Shown here: in pieces, positions 38,831 to 48,274 of the stretch
Position numbering within the stretch: the first letter of the stretch is position 1
Layout of the letters: each line of letters begins with the position of its first letter
Assembly (NCBI GenBank): GCA_963750165.1
Contig: CAVVPN010000011.1
Coordinates: 2,272,001 to 2,336,000, forward strand
Origin: an uncultured Gemmataceae bacterium
GTDB lineage: Bacteria; Planctomycetota; Planctomycetia; Gemmatales; Gemmataceae
Reading direction: 5' to 3'
DNA length: 64,000 nucleotides
Position numbers and translations under genes: made by a program
Notes under the pieces: model-generated
The model's database searches: none
Told to the model about the DNA's origin: nothing
The model's input: only the letters and a program-made list of their open reading frames with translations

Positions 38831-38859
38831 GTTGTAGTTGGCACTCCGCAAAACGGCAA
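38831..38859 (-). promoter_or_regulatory. Putative sigma70 promoter for ncRNA unit 3
   Basis: Minus strand TTGCCG-N17-TACAAC, same geometry as for unit 2. Confidence 0.6.
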
Positions 38860-39146
38860 GGCAGGCCCGTGCCACGCCGTGACCGCCAAGGCCGTCAGGG
38901 TGGCTCGCGAAAACGTTGGCGGTCTTGGCGGTCTTGCTCGGCCCGGCAACGCCGGGCGTCCGTTGGCACCGCGTTTTCCGTCCCCGACTGGCGCTGGCCG
39001 CGCCGCCCCGGCCCGGCGACCGCAGGAGGAAGCGCCTGGGCGACGGCGGTCACCACCGTGGGAGGTTCGTTGCCGAAAAATACGCCGCGGGCGCCCGATT
39101 CGTTCGAGCGCCCGCGGCGTCGCCTCTCTCCGTTTTTCCGGCCCCG

Positions 39147-39276
39147 CTAGCGGACAGTGCCGCCCCATGGGAATCCGAAGATCCAGCCCATCAACAACAG
39201 CACGCCGCCGATGATGACGGCCCAAACCAACATCGGCACGGATCGCGACGCGGGACGGTCATTGAAATTCTCCATG
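39147..39276 (-). CDS. Possible small membrane peptide
   Basis: GGAGG RBS, MENFNDRP..LVWAVIIGGVLLLMGWIFGF single TM helix; 3' end uncertain. Confidence 0.4.
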
Positions 39277-39353
39277 ACACCCCTCCGTATTGAGGCGACC
39301 CCCTCGACCAGTTCGATGAGGAGAAAAATTGCAAACGCTGTGCCACTCTGGTC

Positions 39354-39408
39354 GTGGTGCAGGCGTCCCGCCTGCAAAACCTTCATGCAGGCGGGACGCC
39401 TGCACCAC
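39354..39408. repeat. REP palindrome
   Basis: gtggtgcaggcgtcccgcctgca / tgcaggcgggacgcctgcaccac. Confidence 0.85.
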
Positions 39409-40088
39409 GGAACAGCACCGCGACGCCGCGCAGCGAACCTTCGTCCAACTCATGTACCTCCGCGCTGGCGTACGCCGGGATCAACCGCCGCACCACCTCC
39501 ACTCCTCCGCCGGTCAGGAACACGCGCCGCACCGTGCGCGGCCCCAGCGCCGCCAGCGCCCGCTCGTGCTGCTCCGCCAGCGCCCGCAGCACCGCCGCTA
39601 GCAGGTCCAACCGATCCGTCTCCAGCGTCAGCTCGCGGAAGGCCGCCCGGTGCGCCTCGATCTCCAGCCAGTCGCCACCCAGGTACGCCGGCTCCAGCGC
39701 CACCCGCGTGCTGCGCTTCTGGGCCTCGACAAGGGTCTGATGGAAGAACTCCGCTGCCGACTGCTCGCGGAAGCACAGCCGGTGCAGCCAGTCCAGGGCC
39801 ACACCGCCTACCGGGTTGTGCGTCACCGCCACGTAACCGCCGCCGACGCCGTGCAGCCGCGTCAGCCGCCGTGGGTCGGGCCGCGGTGCGTCCGTCAGCA
39901 CCGCCAGCACCTGCGTGGAGCCGACCACGTGCAGCAGGTCGTCGCGCGTCATGCCGGCCGCCAGCATGGCGCAGCTGGTGTCCGCGGTGCCGAGCTTCAC
40001 CGGCAGCCCCGGCGGCACGCCCAGGTCCGCCGCCGCCGCCGAGCGCAGCAGCCCCACCGTCGCCGTGCCGTCCACCACCGGCGGCAAG
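39383..40088 (-). pseudogene. C-terminal half of an FGGY-family carbohydrate kinase, N-terminus missing
   Basis: LPPVVDG..VG..LGVPPGLPV..GTADTSCA..GSTQV..PAYLGGD..FLTGGG; upstream it abuts unrelated opposite-strand WD40 sequence. Confidence 0.7.
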
Positions 40089-40481
40089 GGCATCATCGCC
40101 GTCTGCAAGAACGAAGGCCTCCGATTGTGGGAGGTCGCCACGGGCAAAGAACTCCACAATTTCTCGGGCTATCGGCTCCCGAGGAATGCGCGTGCGCCAA
40201 CGCTGGTCGTGTCCGGCGACGGCAAGGTGATTGCCACCAACATCGCCTATGAGCCGGTCGTCGTTCTGTGGGACGCGGCCACGGGCAAGGAACTGCGTCG
40301 CCTGAAGGTGCCGGGCCAAGGGGACACCATCCTGGCGTTCACACCGGACGGCCAGCAGCTGGCGACGGCCCCGCACTACCAGGACAACCCGCGCCGTCGC
40401 AGCATCGTGTTGTGGGAGGTCGCGACGGGCAAGCAGCTTCGCCGTAACGGGGCCGGCAGGGGTGCGATCACTTCTTCTTGA
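40080..40481 (+). pseudogene. Orphan WD40-repeat fragment
   Basis: LRLWEVATGKELH..VVLWDAATGKELRR..LAFTPDGQQLAT..VLWEVATGKQLRR; no credible start. Confidence 0.7.
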
Positions 40482-41475
40482 GCGGTGTCACCCGCGCCAG
40501 GTTGCCGGCCTCATGTCCGGTGACCACGGCGCCGCCGTCCGGCGTGAACGCCACGCAGTACGTCACCGTCCGCGGCTTCTTCTCGCCCTTGAGCTGCACT
40601 GTGAACGCCGGTTTGCCCGTGTTCAGGTCCCACAAATTCAGACTACCGCCGTAGCCGGCCGTCACCACTTGCTTGCCGTCCTTCGACACCGCCAGGCCGA
40701 AGATGTCGTCCGGCGTCGGCCCCAGTTTCTTGATCTCCTTGCCGGCGGCCACGTCCCACAGGTGCAGGTGCTTGTCGAAGCCGCCCGTCAGCAGCTTGTC
40801 GTTGCCGATGAACGCAGCCACCGTCACGCCGTCGCGGTCCTTGGTGACGTCGCCCAGGGCCTTCAGCTCCTTCTGCCCTTTTACGTCCCAGACCTTGACG
40901 GCGACGTTGGCCGGCGGCGTCGGCTTGCCGGCCGGGCCGGGCTCGAAGTTGCTGGTGCTGGCCAGCAGTTTGCCGTCCGGGCTGAACGCCACCGCGTACA
41001 CCGAACTGGCGTGCGTGCCGAGGTTCTTGACCTCCTTGCCGTCCTTCGGATTCCACAGCCGCACCGATTTGTCCACGCTGCCCGAGGCCAACAGCGTGCC
41101 GTCTGGTGAATACGCCACGCTCTGCACGATGTCCGTGTGGCCCTTCAGTTCCTTGATCAGCGTGCCGTCCTTCACGTTCCAGATGCGAATGGTCTTGTCC
41201 TGGCTGGCGCTGGCCAGCTGTTCGCCGTTGGGGCTGAAGGCCACGCAGTAGACGGCGTTGGTGTGGCCCTTGAGCGTCGCTTTTTCCTTGCCGGTCTTGA
41301 AGTCCCACAGCTTGATCGTGTTGTCGAAACTGCCGGTCGCCAGCAGTTCGCCCTTGGGGCTGAACGCCACGCTGTACACGAAATTCGTGTGGCCCTTGAA
41401 CACGGCCGGCGGTTGCGCCGCCGCCGCGCCCCCCAGGGCCGCTACCAGCACCAATGCCATCGTGTGCCGAACCAT
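40468..41475 (-). CDS. Exported WD40 repeat protein
   Basis: Signal peptide followed by canonical GH..VAFSP.G..LA..S.D.TI..W repeats. Confidence 0.92.
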   Translation of the reverse strand: MVRHTMALVLVAALGGAAAAQPPAVFKGHTNFVYSVAFSPKGELLATGSFDNTIKLWDFKTGKEKATLKGHTNAVYCVAFSPNGEQLASASQDKTIRIWNVKDGTLIKELKGHTDIVQSVAYSPDGTLLASGSVDKSVRLWNPKDGKEVKNLGTHASSVYAVAFSPDGKLLASTSNFEPGPAGKPTPPANVAVKVWDVKGQKELKALGDVTKDRDGVTVAAFIGNDKLLTGGFDKHLHLWDVAAGKEIKKLGPTPDDIFGLAVSKDGKQVVTAGYGGSLNLWDLNTGKPAFTVQLKGEKKPRTVTYCVAFTPDGGAVVTGHEAGNLARVTPLKKK

Positions 41476-41652
41476 GATGCAAACTCCTTCACACCGCCCT
41501 GTTGTGGCCCGGTCTCCGGATCGGGCCACGGCCGCGACCGCAGGTCTCCTCTTCGGGTTCACAAGCATTCGGGGAGACCTTCGGTCGGGCTCGTGGCCTG
41601 GTCCGGAGACCAAGCCACAACAGCTTTGAGATCAAACCACAACGATATCGAT

Positions 41653-44600
41653 TTACACGCCGACGCCGGCCGTCGCCGGGCTCCTGTCCCCACCGCCCGG
41701 AGCGAAGCCGCGCCGCATCGTATTTTCTGTGATAGTCCGCGGCACCACGAACTGCAACAAGTAATCCGGCCCGCCTGCCTTCGAGCCGATGCCCGACATC
41801 TTGAAGCCGCCGAACGGCTGCCGATGCACCTGCGCCCCCGTGATCTTGCGGTTGACGTACAGATTACCCACGCGGAACTTCTTCTTCACGCGGCGGATGT
41901 TCTCCGGGCTGCGCGAGTACACGCCGCCCGTCAGCGCGTAGGAGGTGCCGTTGGCGATGGTCAGCGCCTCGTCCAGGTCCGCCGCCTTCAGCACGGCCAA
42001 CACCGGCCCGAAAATCTCCTCCTGAGCGATCACCGCCGTCGGCGCCACGTCCGCGAAGACGTGCGGGCCAATGAAATAGCCCTGATCTTTGAGCGGCCCC
42101 GGGTCGCCCGCGTACACCAGCCGCGCCTCCTGCTTGCCTTTCTCGATGTAATCGCGGATGCGCTGTCCGGCCTCCGCATCGATCACCGGCCCCACCGTAC
42201 AGGCGGAATCCTCCGCCGGCGCGACGATCAGGCTGCGCGTCGCCTCGATCAGCCGCTGCAAAAAGGCGTCGTGCAGCGACTCCAGCACAATCGCCCGCGA
42301 ACACGCCGAGCACTTCTGCCCCTGGTAGCCGAAGGCGCTGCCGACGACGCCGTGCACCGCCTCGTCCAGGTCGGCGTCGGCGTCCACGATGATCGCGTTC
42401 TTGCCGCCCAGCTCCGCCAGCACGCGCTTGATGTGGTCCTGCGCCGGTTGCACGGCCGCCGCCTCACGGTTGATGAGCAGTCCCACGGTGCGCGAACCGG
42501 TGAACGCGATCATGGCCACGTCCGGGTGGTTCACCAACGTCGGCCCGATCTCCTCGCCGATGCCCGGGAGGTAGTTGACCACGCCGCCCGGCAAACCGAT
42601 TTCCTCGAAGACCTCCATCAGCTTGGCGGCCATGACCGACGACTGCTCCGCCGGCTTCATGACGACCGTGTTGCCCGTGACCAACGCCGCCGTCGTCATG
42701 CCGGTCAGGATCGCTAGCGGGAAGTTCCACGGCGCGATCACCACGCAGACGCCGCGGCCCTCGTAAATGGTCAAATTCTCCTCGCCGGGCAGTTTCACCG
42801 CATGGCCGGCCGCCAGCCTGAGCATTTCGCGCGCGTAATACTCGCAGAAGTCAATGGCCTCGGCCACGTCAGCGTCGGCCTCGCGCCACGGCTTGCCGCA
42901 CTCGAAGATTTGCCACGCCGACAACTCGAAGCGCCGCCGCCGCATCACCGCCGCGGCCCGACGCAGGAACTCGGCCCGCTCGCCCGGCTCGGCGTCGCGC
43001 CACGCCGGGAAGGCACCCCACGCCGCCGCGATGGCGTCGCGCGCCTGCGTGGCGCTGGCCTTGCCGCAGCGGCCGACGACCTCGCTGGCGTGCGACGGAT
43101 TCAGCGATTCAATCCAGCCGTCTGTCGGGATGTGCTGGTGGCCGATGACGAGCGGATATTGCTTGCCGAACTGCTGACGGACAGCGGCCAGGGCGGCGGC
43201 CTGCTGCGCGCGAGCGTCGGCGCGGCTGAAGTCGGTGACCGGCTCATTCCGGAAGATGTCGGTGGCCTCGTGATTGATCGTTTCGCGAACCGATACATCA
43301 TTGGCGTGCGGTTTCATGAGCAGGACATCCTCCGACACATGTTCGGTGAAGCTGGCGCAGGAACGACTCGTTGGCGGTGTTCTCCAGCAGGCGCCGCACC
43401 AGGTACGCCATGCCCGGCAGCAATTGGCCATATGGCGTGTACACGCGCACGCGCCGGCCCAGCGACACCAGCGCCGCCTTGACCGGCTCCGCCATGCCGT
43501 AGAGCATCTGGATTTCGTAGCTTCGCGGCGGCAGTCCGAGCACGTCCGCCAGCGCCAGGGCGTGGGCGATGCTGCGGACATTGTGGCTGCCGAACGCCGG
43601 CCGCAGCACGTCATGGTGCTCGAACAGCAGCCGGGTCATGCGCTCGTAGCAAGCGTCGGTGGCGGCCTTGTCGGTGAAGACCGGCACCGGCCAACCCTGC
43701 TGGGCGGCGTTGACGGTTTCGTAATCCCAGTACGCGCCCTTGATGAGCCGCACTTGCACCGACGCCCCGGTTTGATCGCGGCGGCGGCGCGACCATGCGG
43801 CCAGTTCGGTCAGGTCGTGGTCGGTGTCGCGCAGGTACGCCTGGATGGCGATGCCCACGTCGGACCAGTCGCGGAATTCGTCTTCCTCCAGCATGTCGCG
43901 AAAGATTTGCAGTGTCGCGTCCTTGAAGGCGTGCTGCTCCATGTCGAAGTTGAGGAAGGCCCCGTGCCGCCGGGCAGCGCGAAACAGCGGCCGCAGCCGG
44001 TCGCGCACCGCCCGGCTGGTGCGCTCCGGCGCAATCGGGTCGAACTGGCTGTACAGCGACGACAGCTTCAGCGACACGTTAACGCGCGGCAGCGGCCCGC
44101 GCTCATCGCGGTCGATACTTGCGACGGCCGGCCAGTGATTGACCTGCCGGCTCAGGCCCTCGATGAGTTGCAGGCAGGCCCGTTGATACTGTTCGGCCTC
44201 GAACTCGGTGATGGTGGCCTCGCCGAGCAGATCGACGGTGAAGGCGAGAGACTGGCCGCGCAGGCGGTGAATGGTGTGCAGGGCCTCGTCGAGGTTGGAG
44301 CCGGCGATGAAGCGGCGGGCCATGCGCTCGGCACTGCTGCGGGCCACGGTCGCCAGCACCTGACCGGGCACGCCGCCGGTGGGGATCCAGCGCAGCCCGA
44401 AGCGCGCCCAGCCGGGCAGCGCTGCGCGAGCCTCCTCGAAATATTCGCGCAGGTGCCGGCTGACCTCCGGCGCGGCGTGGAGCATCGGCAGCACGTCGAT
44501 GAAGCGGAACAGCTGCAACTTGACGGCCTCCTCGGCCATCGTCCATTCCATGAGGCGCTCGTCGAACCAACCTGGGCTGAACAGTAGGGGGCCGCGGCGG

Positions 44601-44698
44601 TCGAGGCGCGCGAACAGCTCGTGACCATAAGCCCGCGTCAGGTGCTCGACCGCGGCGTCCTGGTCGGCACGGTCGGCGGCGGGCGGGGTTAAATCCAT
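41653..44698 (-). CDS. putA: Bifunctional proline dehydrogenase / P5C dehydrogenase, frameshift near 43350
   Basis: QLFRFIDVLP, RRFIAG, DLLGE, VRLIKGAYWDYE, SHN, AYLVRRLLENTANESF; then IAPWNFPLAI, FTGS, ELGGKN, GQKCSA, EEIFGP. Confidence 0.93.
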
Positions 44699-44806
44699 CG
44701 CACCTCTCCGCGAATCACAAGATGGGGCGGACCTACCCGCCACCGCGGGGCGCTGTTACTATGATGGCCGATGGGGCCTGCGCTTCTTTTTGAGCGATCA
44801 CCTATC

Positions 44807-45667
44807 ATGGACATCGGCGCCATCGGCAAGTTTCAGATCCTGGGCACCCTCGGTAGCGGCGCGCACAGTACCATCCTGCACGTTCGCCGCAGTACCGACT
44901 CGAAGCAGTACGCCCTCAAGGTGGTGCCGCTGGAAACGAAGGAGGACCACAAGTTCCTCGAACAGGCCCAGCACGAGTTCCGCGTCGCCAGAATGCTGGA
45001 CCACCCGCATTTAATCAAGGTGTATGCCCTGGAGACGGTGCGCGACTGGCTGTTCCGCGTGCGCAAGGCCCACTTGCTGATAGAGTACGTCAACGGCAAG
45101 ACGCTGGACACGGTGAAGGGATTGTCGTTGCCGCGGTTGGTGCAGGTCTTCGAGCACATCGCCGCCGGCCTGGTCCACATGCACCGCCGTGGCGTCTGTC
45201 ACGCGGACCTGAAGCCGAACAACATTCTGTTGAGCCGCACCGGCGACGTGAAGATCATTGACTACGGCCTGGCCCACATCAAGGGTGAAACCAAGGGCCG
45301 CGTGCAGGGCACCCCGGAGTACATGGCCCCCGAACAGGCGCGCTCCGGGACCGTCAACGAGCGCACCGACATTTACAACCTCGGCGCCACCATGTACCGC
45401 CTGGTGACCTGGCGACTGCCGCCGAGCACGCTGCCGGCCGCCGACGGCATAACTGTGACCGCCAAGGTGTTTCAGAACATGCTCAAGCCAGTGCAGGAGT
45501 ACAACGCCGCGTGCCCGAAGGAACTGTGCAAGCTGATCGAGCGCTGCCTGTCGTTCCAGCCCCAGTCGCGGCCCGAACGCGCCAGCGAGGTGCAGGCGGC
45601 GCTCGACCAGCTGGCGGAAGCGCTGGTGCAGTCAGAAGACGATCGGTTGGACACGATGGAATGGTAA
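44807..45667 (+). CDS. Hanks-type Ser/Thr protein kinase
   Basis: LGSGA, ALK, HADLKPNN, IIDYG, GTPEYMAPE, DIYNLG. Confidence 0.92.
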   Translation: MDIGAIGKFQILGTLGSGAHSTILHVRRSTDSKQYALKVVPLETKEDHKFLEQAQHEFRVARMLDHPHLIKVYALETVRDWLFRVRKAHLLIEYVNGKTLDTVKGLSLPRLVQVFEHIAAGLVHMHRRGVCHADLKPNNILLSRTGDVKIIDYGLAHIKGETKGRVQGTPEYMAPEQARSGTVNERTDIYNLGATMYRLVTWRLPPSTLPAADGITVTAKVFQNMLKPVQEYNAACPKELCKLIERCLSFQPQSRPERASEVQAALDQLAEALVQSEDDRLDTMEW

Positions 45668-45732
45668 CTACTCTTCCTCCCCTCTCCCCTTCAGGGGAGA
45701 GGGGAGTCAGACACTGAGAAAGGGACCGCCCC

Positions 45733-46962
45733 ATGGCCGAGTACGTGGACCGCGAGCACTACATCCCGCTGCGTCTGAGCGACCTGATCGACCTGCTGTG
45801 TTCCCAGAAGGACCTGCCGGCGCACGAGCGCCAGGAGTTCCGCCAGTTCTGCCGGCTGGTGGCGGCAACCTTCCATTTCGAGTACCACGAACGGCTGCGT
45901 CAGCTCAAGGACCATTACGCTCCGTTCGACCCCGACCGCGTCACCACAACGCTGGCCAAACTGTTGCCGGAGGTCAAGGAAAAACACATCGACAAGCTCT
46001 TCGACGAGTTCGTCAAGCTGATGGAGCGGGCCAACTACAAGCGGCTGTCACGCGAGGAGATCGAAAAGGCCCTGGAGGGCTCCAGCGAGTGGGGCCTCGA
46101 TATGGACGTGAACTTCGACGCCTTCGAGCACCTGGAAGTCTTCATCCGCGGTGACGACATGGGCAAGCGCTACCTGCGGCGCTGGTATCGGCCGTGGACC
46201 ACGGAGGAGGTCAAGGTGCCGGTCTACCGCCGCTTCGTGCTGATGGTCAAGGCACGCAAACACAAGCGACTCGGGCCAGAAGTCAATGTCGAGGACGTTT
46301 ATGTCAAGATGTTCAAGGACATCCCCAAGATGGACATCGAGATGCTGCTGCCCGGGGCGCAGGTCAAGATGCCCAAATTCACGCTCCTGAAGATGGGCGG
46401 CTCGGTCATCACCGGGTTGGGACTGATCGTCTGGAAACTGGCGCAAGAAGCGGCGATCCTCCTCACCGAGGTGGCGCGCGGCGGCCTCTTCATCCTGTAC
46501 GCCCCCATCGCCGCGGTGCTGGGCTACGGCTACAAGCAGTACTACGGCTACAACGTCGCCAGGCAAACTTACAGCTTGCAGCTGACGCGCAGCCTGTATT
46601 ATCAGAACCTCGACAACAACCAGGGCGTGTTCTACCACGTCATCGACGAGGCCGAGGAGCAAGAGTGCCGCGAGGTCATCCTGGCGTACTTCTGCCTTTG
46701 GCGCTCCGCCCCCGAGGCCGGCTGGACGGCCGCCGACCTGGATGATTATGTTGAGATGGAACTGGAACGGCTGGCGAACCTGAAGGTCGATTTCGAGATC
46801 GGCGACGCGCTGGAGAAGCTCGACCGGCTCGGGCTGGTCGAGAAGCAGGGCGACCGCTACCGGGCCAAGCCGCTGCGCACGGCGCAGGAGCGGCTGGATT
46901 ATTTGTGGGACAATTATTTCCAGTACAACAACGCGCCGGCGGCGCCGGCGCCGACGGCGTGA
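45733..46962 (+). CDS. DUF3754/TMEM143 family protein
   Basis: REHYIP, LKDHYAPFDPD, KMFKDIPKMDIEMLLP, LYYQNLDNN, AEEQECRE, VDFEI.DA. Confidence 0.82.
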   Translation: MAEYVDREHYIPLRLSDLIDLLCSQKDLPAHERQEFRQFCRLVAATFHFEYHERLRQLKDHYAPFDPDRVTTTLAKLLPEVKEKHIDKLFDEFVKLMERANYKRLSREEIEKALEGSSEWGLDMDVNFDAFEHLEVFIRGDDMGKRYLRRWYRPWTTEEVKVPVYRRFVLMVKARKHKRLGPEVNVEDVYVKMFKDIPKMDIEMLLPGAQVKMPKFTLLKMGGSVITGLGLIVWKLAQEAAILLTEVARGGLFILYAPIAAVLGYGYKQYYGYNVARQTYSLQLTRSLYYQNLDNNQGVFYHVIDEAEEQECREVILAYFCLWRSAPEAGWTAADLDDYVEMELERLANLKVDFEIGDALEKLDRLGLVEKQGDRYRAKPLRTAQERLDYLWDNYFQYNNAPAAPAPTA

Positions 46963-47243
46963 GGGTTGGTGCCGGCCCAGGGGAAAAACTTGTACAAGTC
47001 CTTGCGAGGCAGGCACCGGACAAAATCAACCGTGTCACCGTCCACCGCGACACCGATCCGGTGTTCGCCCACGCGGATTCGGTAGTAGTTGGTGGTGTCG
47101 CTCATCTGCTTCAGGTTCGGGATGTTTTCCAAACTGGTCGCCTCCTCGACGGCCTCGATGGCCTGGCGGATGCGGTCCAGAAGTTTCTGGTCCTCGAGCT
47201 TTTTCAGGTCGCGCGCGAAGCTTTTGCGGAACGTCGTGTTCAT
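46914..47243 (-). CDS. RelE/ParE-family toxin
   Basis: MNTTFRKSFARDLKKL..YYRIRVGEHRIG..FVRCLPRKDLYKFFP; ATGA overlap with the upstream gene; 3' tail overlaps the convergent gene. Confidence 0.85.
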   Translation of the reverse strand: MNTTFRKSFARDLKKLEDQKLLDRIRQAIEAVEEATSLENIPNLKQMSDTTNYYRIRVGEHRIGVAVDGDTVDFVRCLPRKDLYKFFPWAGTNPHAVGAGAAGALLYWK

Positions 47244-47446
47244 GACTCGCCCCGCAGGATTTGAAAGACCTCCTCTCGGGCAACGGGTTTTGTCTTCAGC
47301 CCCTCGCGGATGGCCTCGGTGAGGGCAAAATCTTCGAGCACGTCCGTAAAGACTTCGTGCAACAGTTCGCGGTTCTCGCGCAGTGTTTCCGCCAGGGCTT
47401 CTTTCAACAAGCGCTTCAAGGCGGTCGGGTCGAGGTCGGTCGTCAT
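47240..47446 (-). CDS. Cognate antitoxin
   Basis: 68 aa, ..VLEDFALTEAIREG..VAREEVF.., directly upstream of the toxin. Confidence 0.75.
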   Translation of the reverse strand: MTTDLDPTALKRLLKEALAETLRENRELLHEVFTDVLEDFALTEAIREGLKTKPVAREEVFQILRGES

Positions 47447-47710
47447 GAAGCGGCGCTCCAGCGATCTTCCGGCGCTGCCGCCGCGGAAACGGGCTTGCAG
47501 CGGTGTCCACTTTCGGGTATGACTTCTTCTCGCACGCCAAGAAGCGTGGGGATGATCCCCACGGCATTTCTCGCCACGCGGCACGGACGCTGCCGCTTTC
47601 CTGGCTGGTCCCGACCCCGCACCACGATTCTCCGCCGCGACCTTTTCTGGTTTTCACCACCGTCGGCCGCCCCGCGCGGCCCACCTTCGCCAGGTTAGGA
47701 GACCCCTACC

Positions 47711-48120
47711 ATGCTTGTCTTCGCGCGAAGTGCGCTCAACAGATTGCGTTCCCCGACCACCACATCCACGTCAAGGTGCTGGCGGTCAAACCGGGCGTGG
47801 TGCGCCTCGGCATCGAGGCGCCGCCGGACGTGCGCGTGCTGCGCGGCGAGCTGCCCGACCGCGTCGCCGAGTGGGGCCCGGAGCCCGAGGAGCGGCCCGG
47901 CCAGCTGGAGCAGCTGACGCGCAAGGGCCTGACGCTGGCCAGCGTCGGCGTCGGCCTGGCCCGGTTGCAGGTGGACGCCGGGCTGACCGATGACCTGCGC
48001 CAGACCCTGGAACAGCTTCACGAACAACTGCAATGGCTCCGCAATCAATGGCAGCCCGACGAAGCCCCGCCCCGCAAAGCCCCCGTGTCGCCGGCCGAGT
48101 CCCTGGCCGTTTGCTCATGA
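47711..48120 (+). CDS. csrA: Carbon storage regulator CsrA-like protein with C-terminal extension, frameshift near 47735
   Basis: AGGAG RBS, MLVFAR, then frame change to QQIAF..IHVKVL..VRLGIEAPPDVRVLRGEL. Confidence 0.78.
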
Positions 48121-48131
48121 CAGCGGTGTCG

Positions 48132-48198
48132 GGCGAGCGGCGCGGCGTCAGTTCGCCGGTCCTGTCTTGACCGGCGGCCTGATGCTGCGCCGCTCGCC
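48132..48198. repeat. GGCGAGCGG-family REP palindrome
   Basis: Near copy of the element at 21036-21102. Confidence 0.8.
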
Positions 48199-48274
48199 TG
48201 GTGGCGGGCTGCCCTTGCCCGGGGTATGATTAATGCTACCAGTGTGGCATTCCCCCCAGGCGGAGGGCGATCCC

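Noticed and set aside
38880..38935. Possible fourth array unit
   Set aside because: Only a short gaccgccaag/cttggcggtc inverted repeat; it lacks the conserved scaffold.
37833..39293. Short ORFs across the ncRNA array (e.g. 37833-38201, 38605-39225)
   Set aside because: Not conserved between repeat units and with no protein motifs; sequence variation follows base pairing, not codons.
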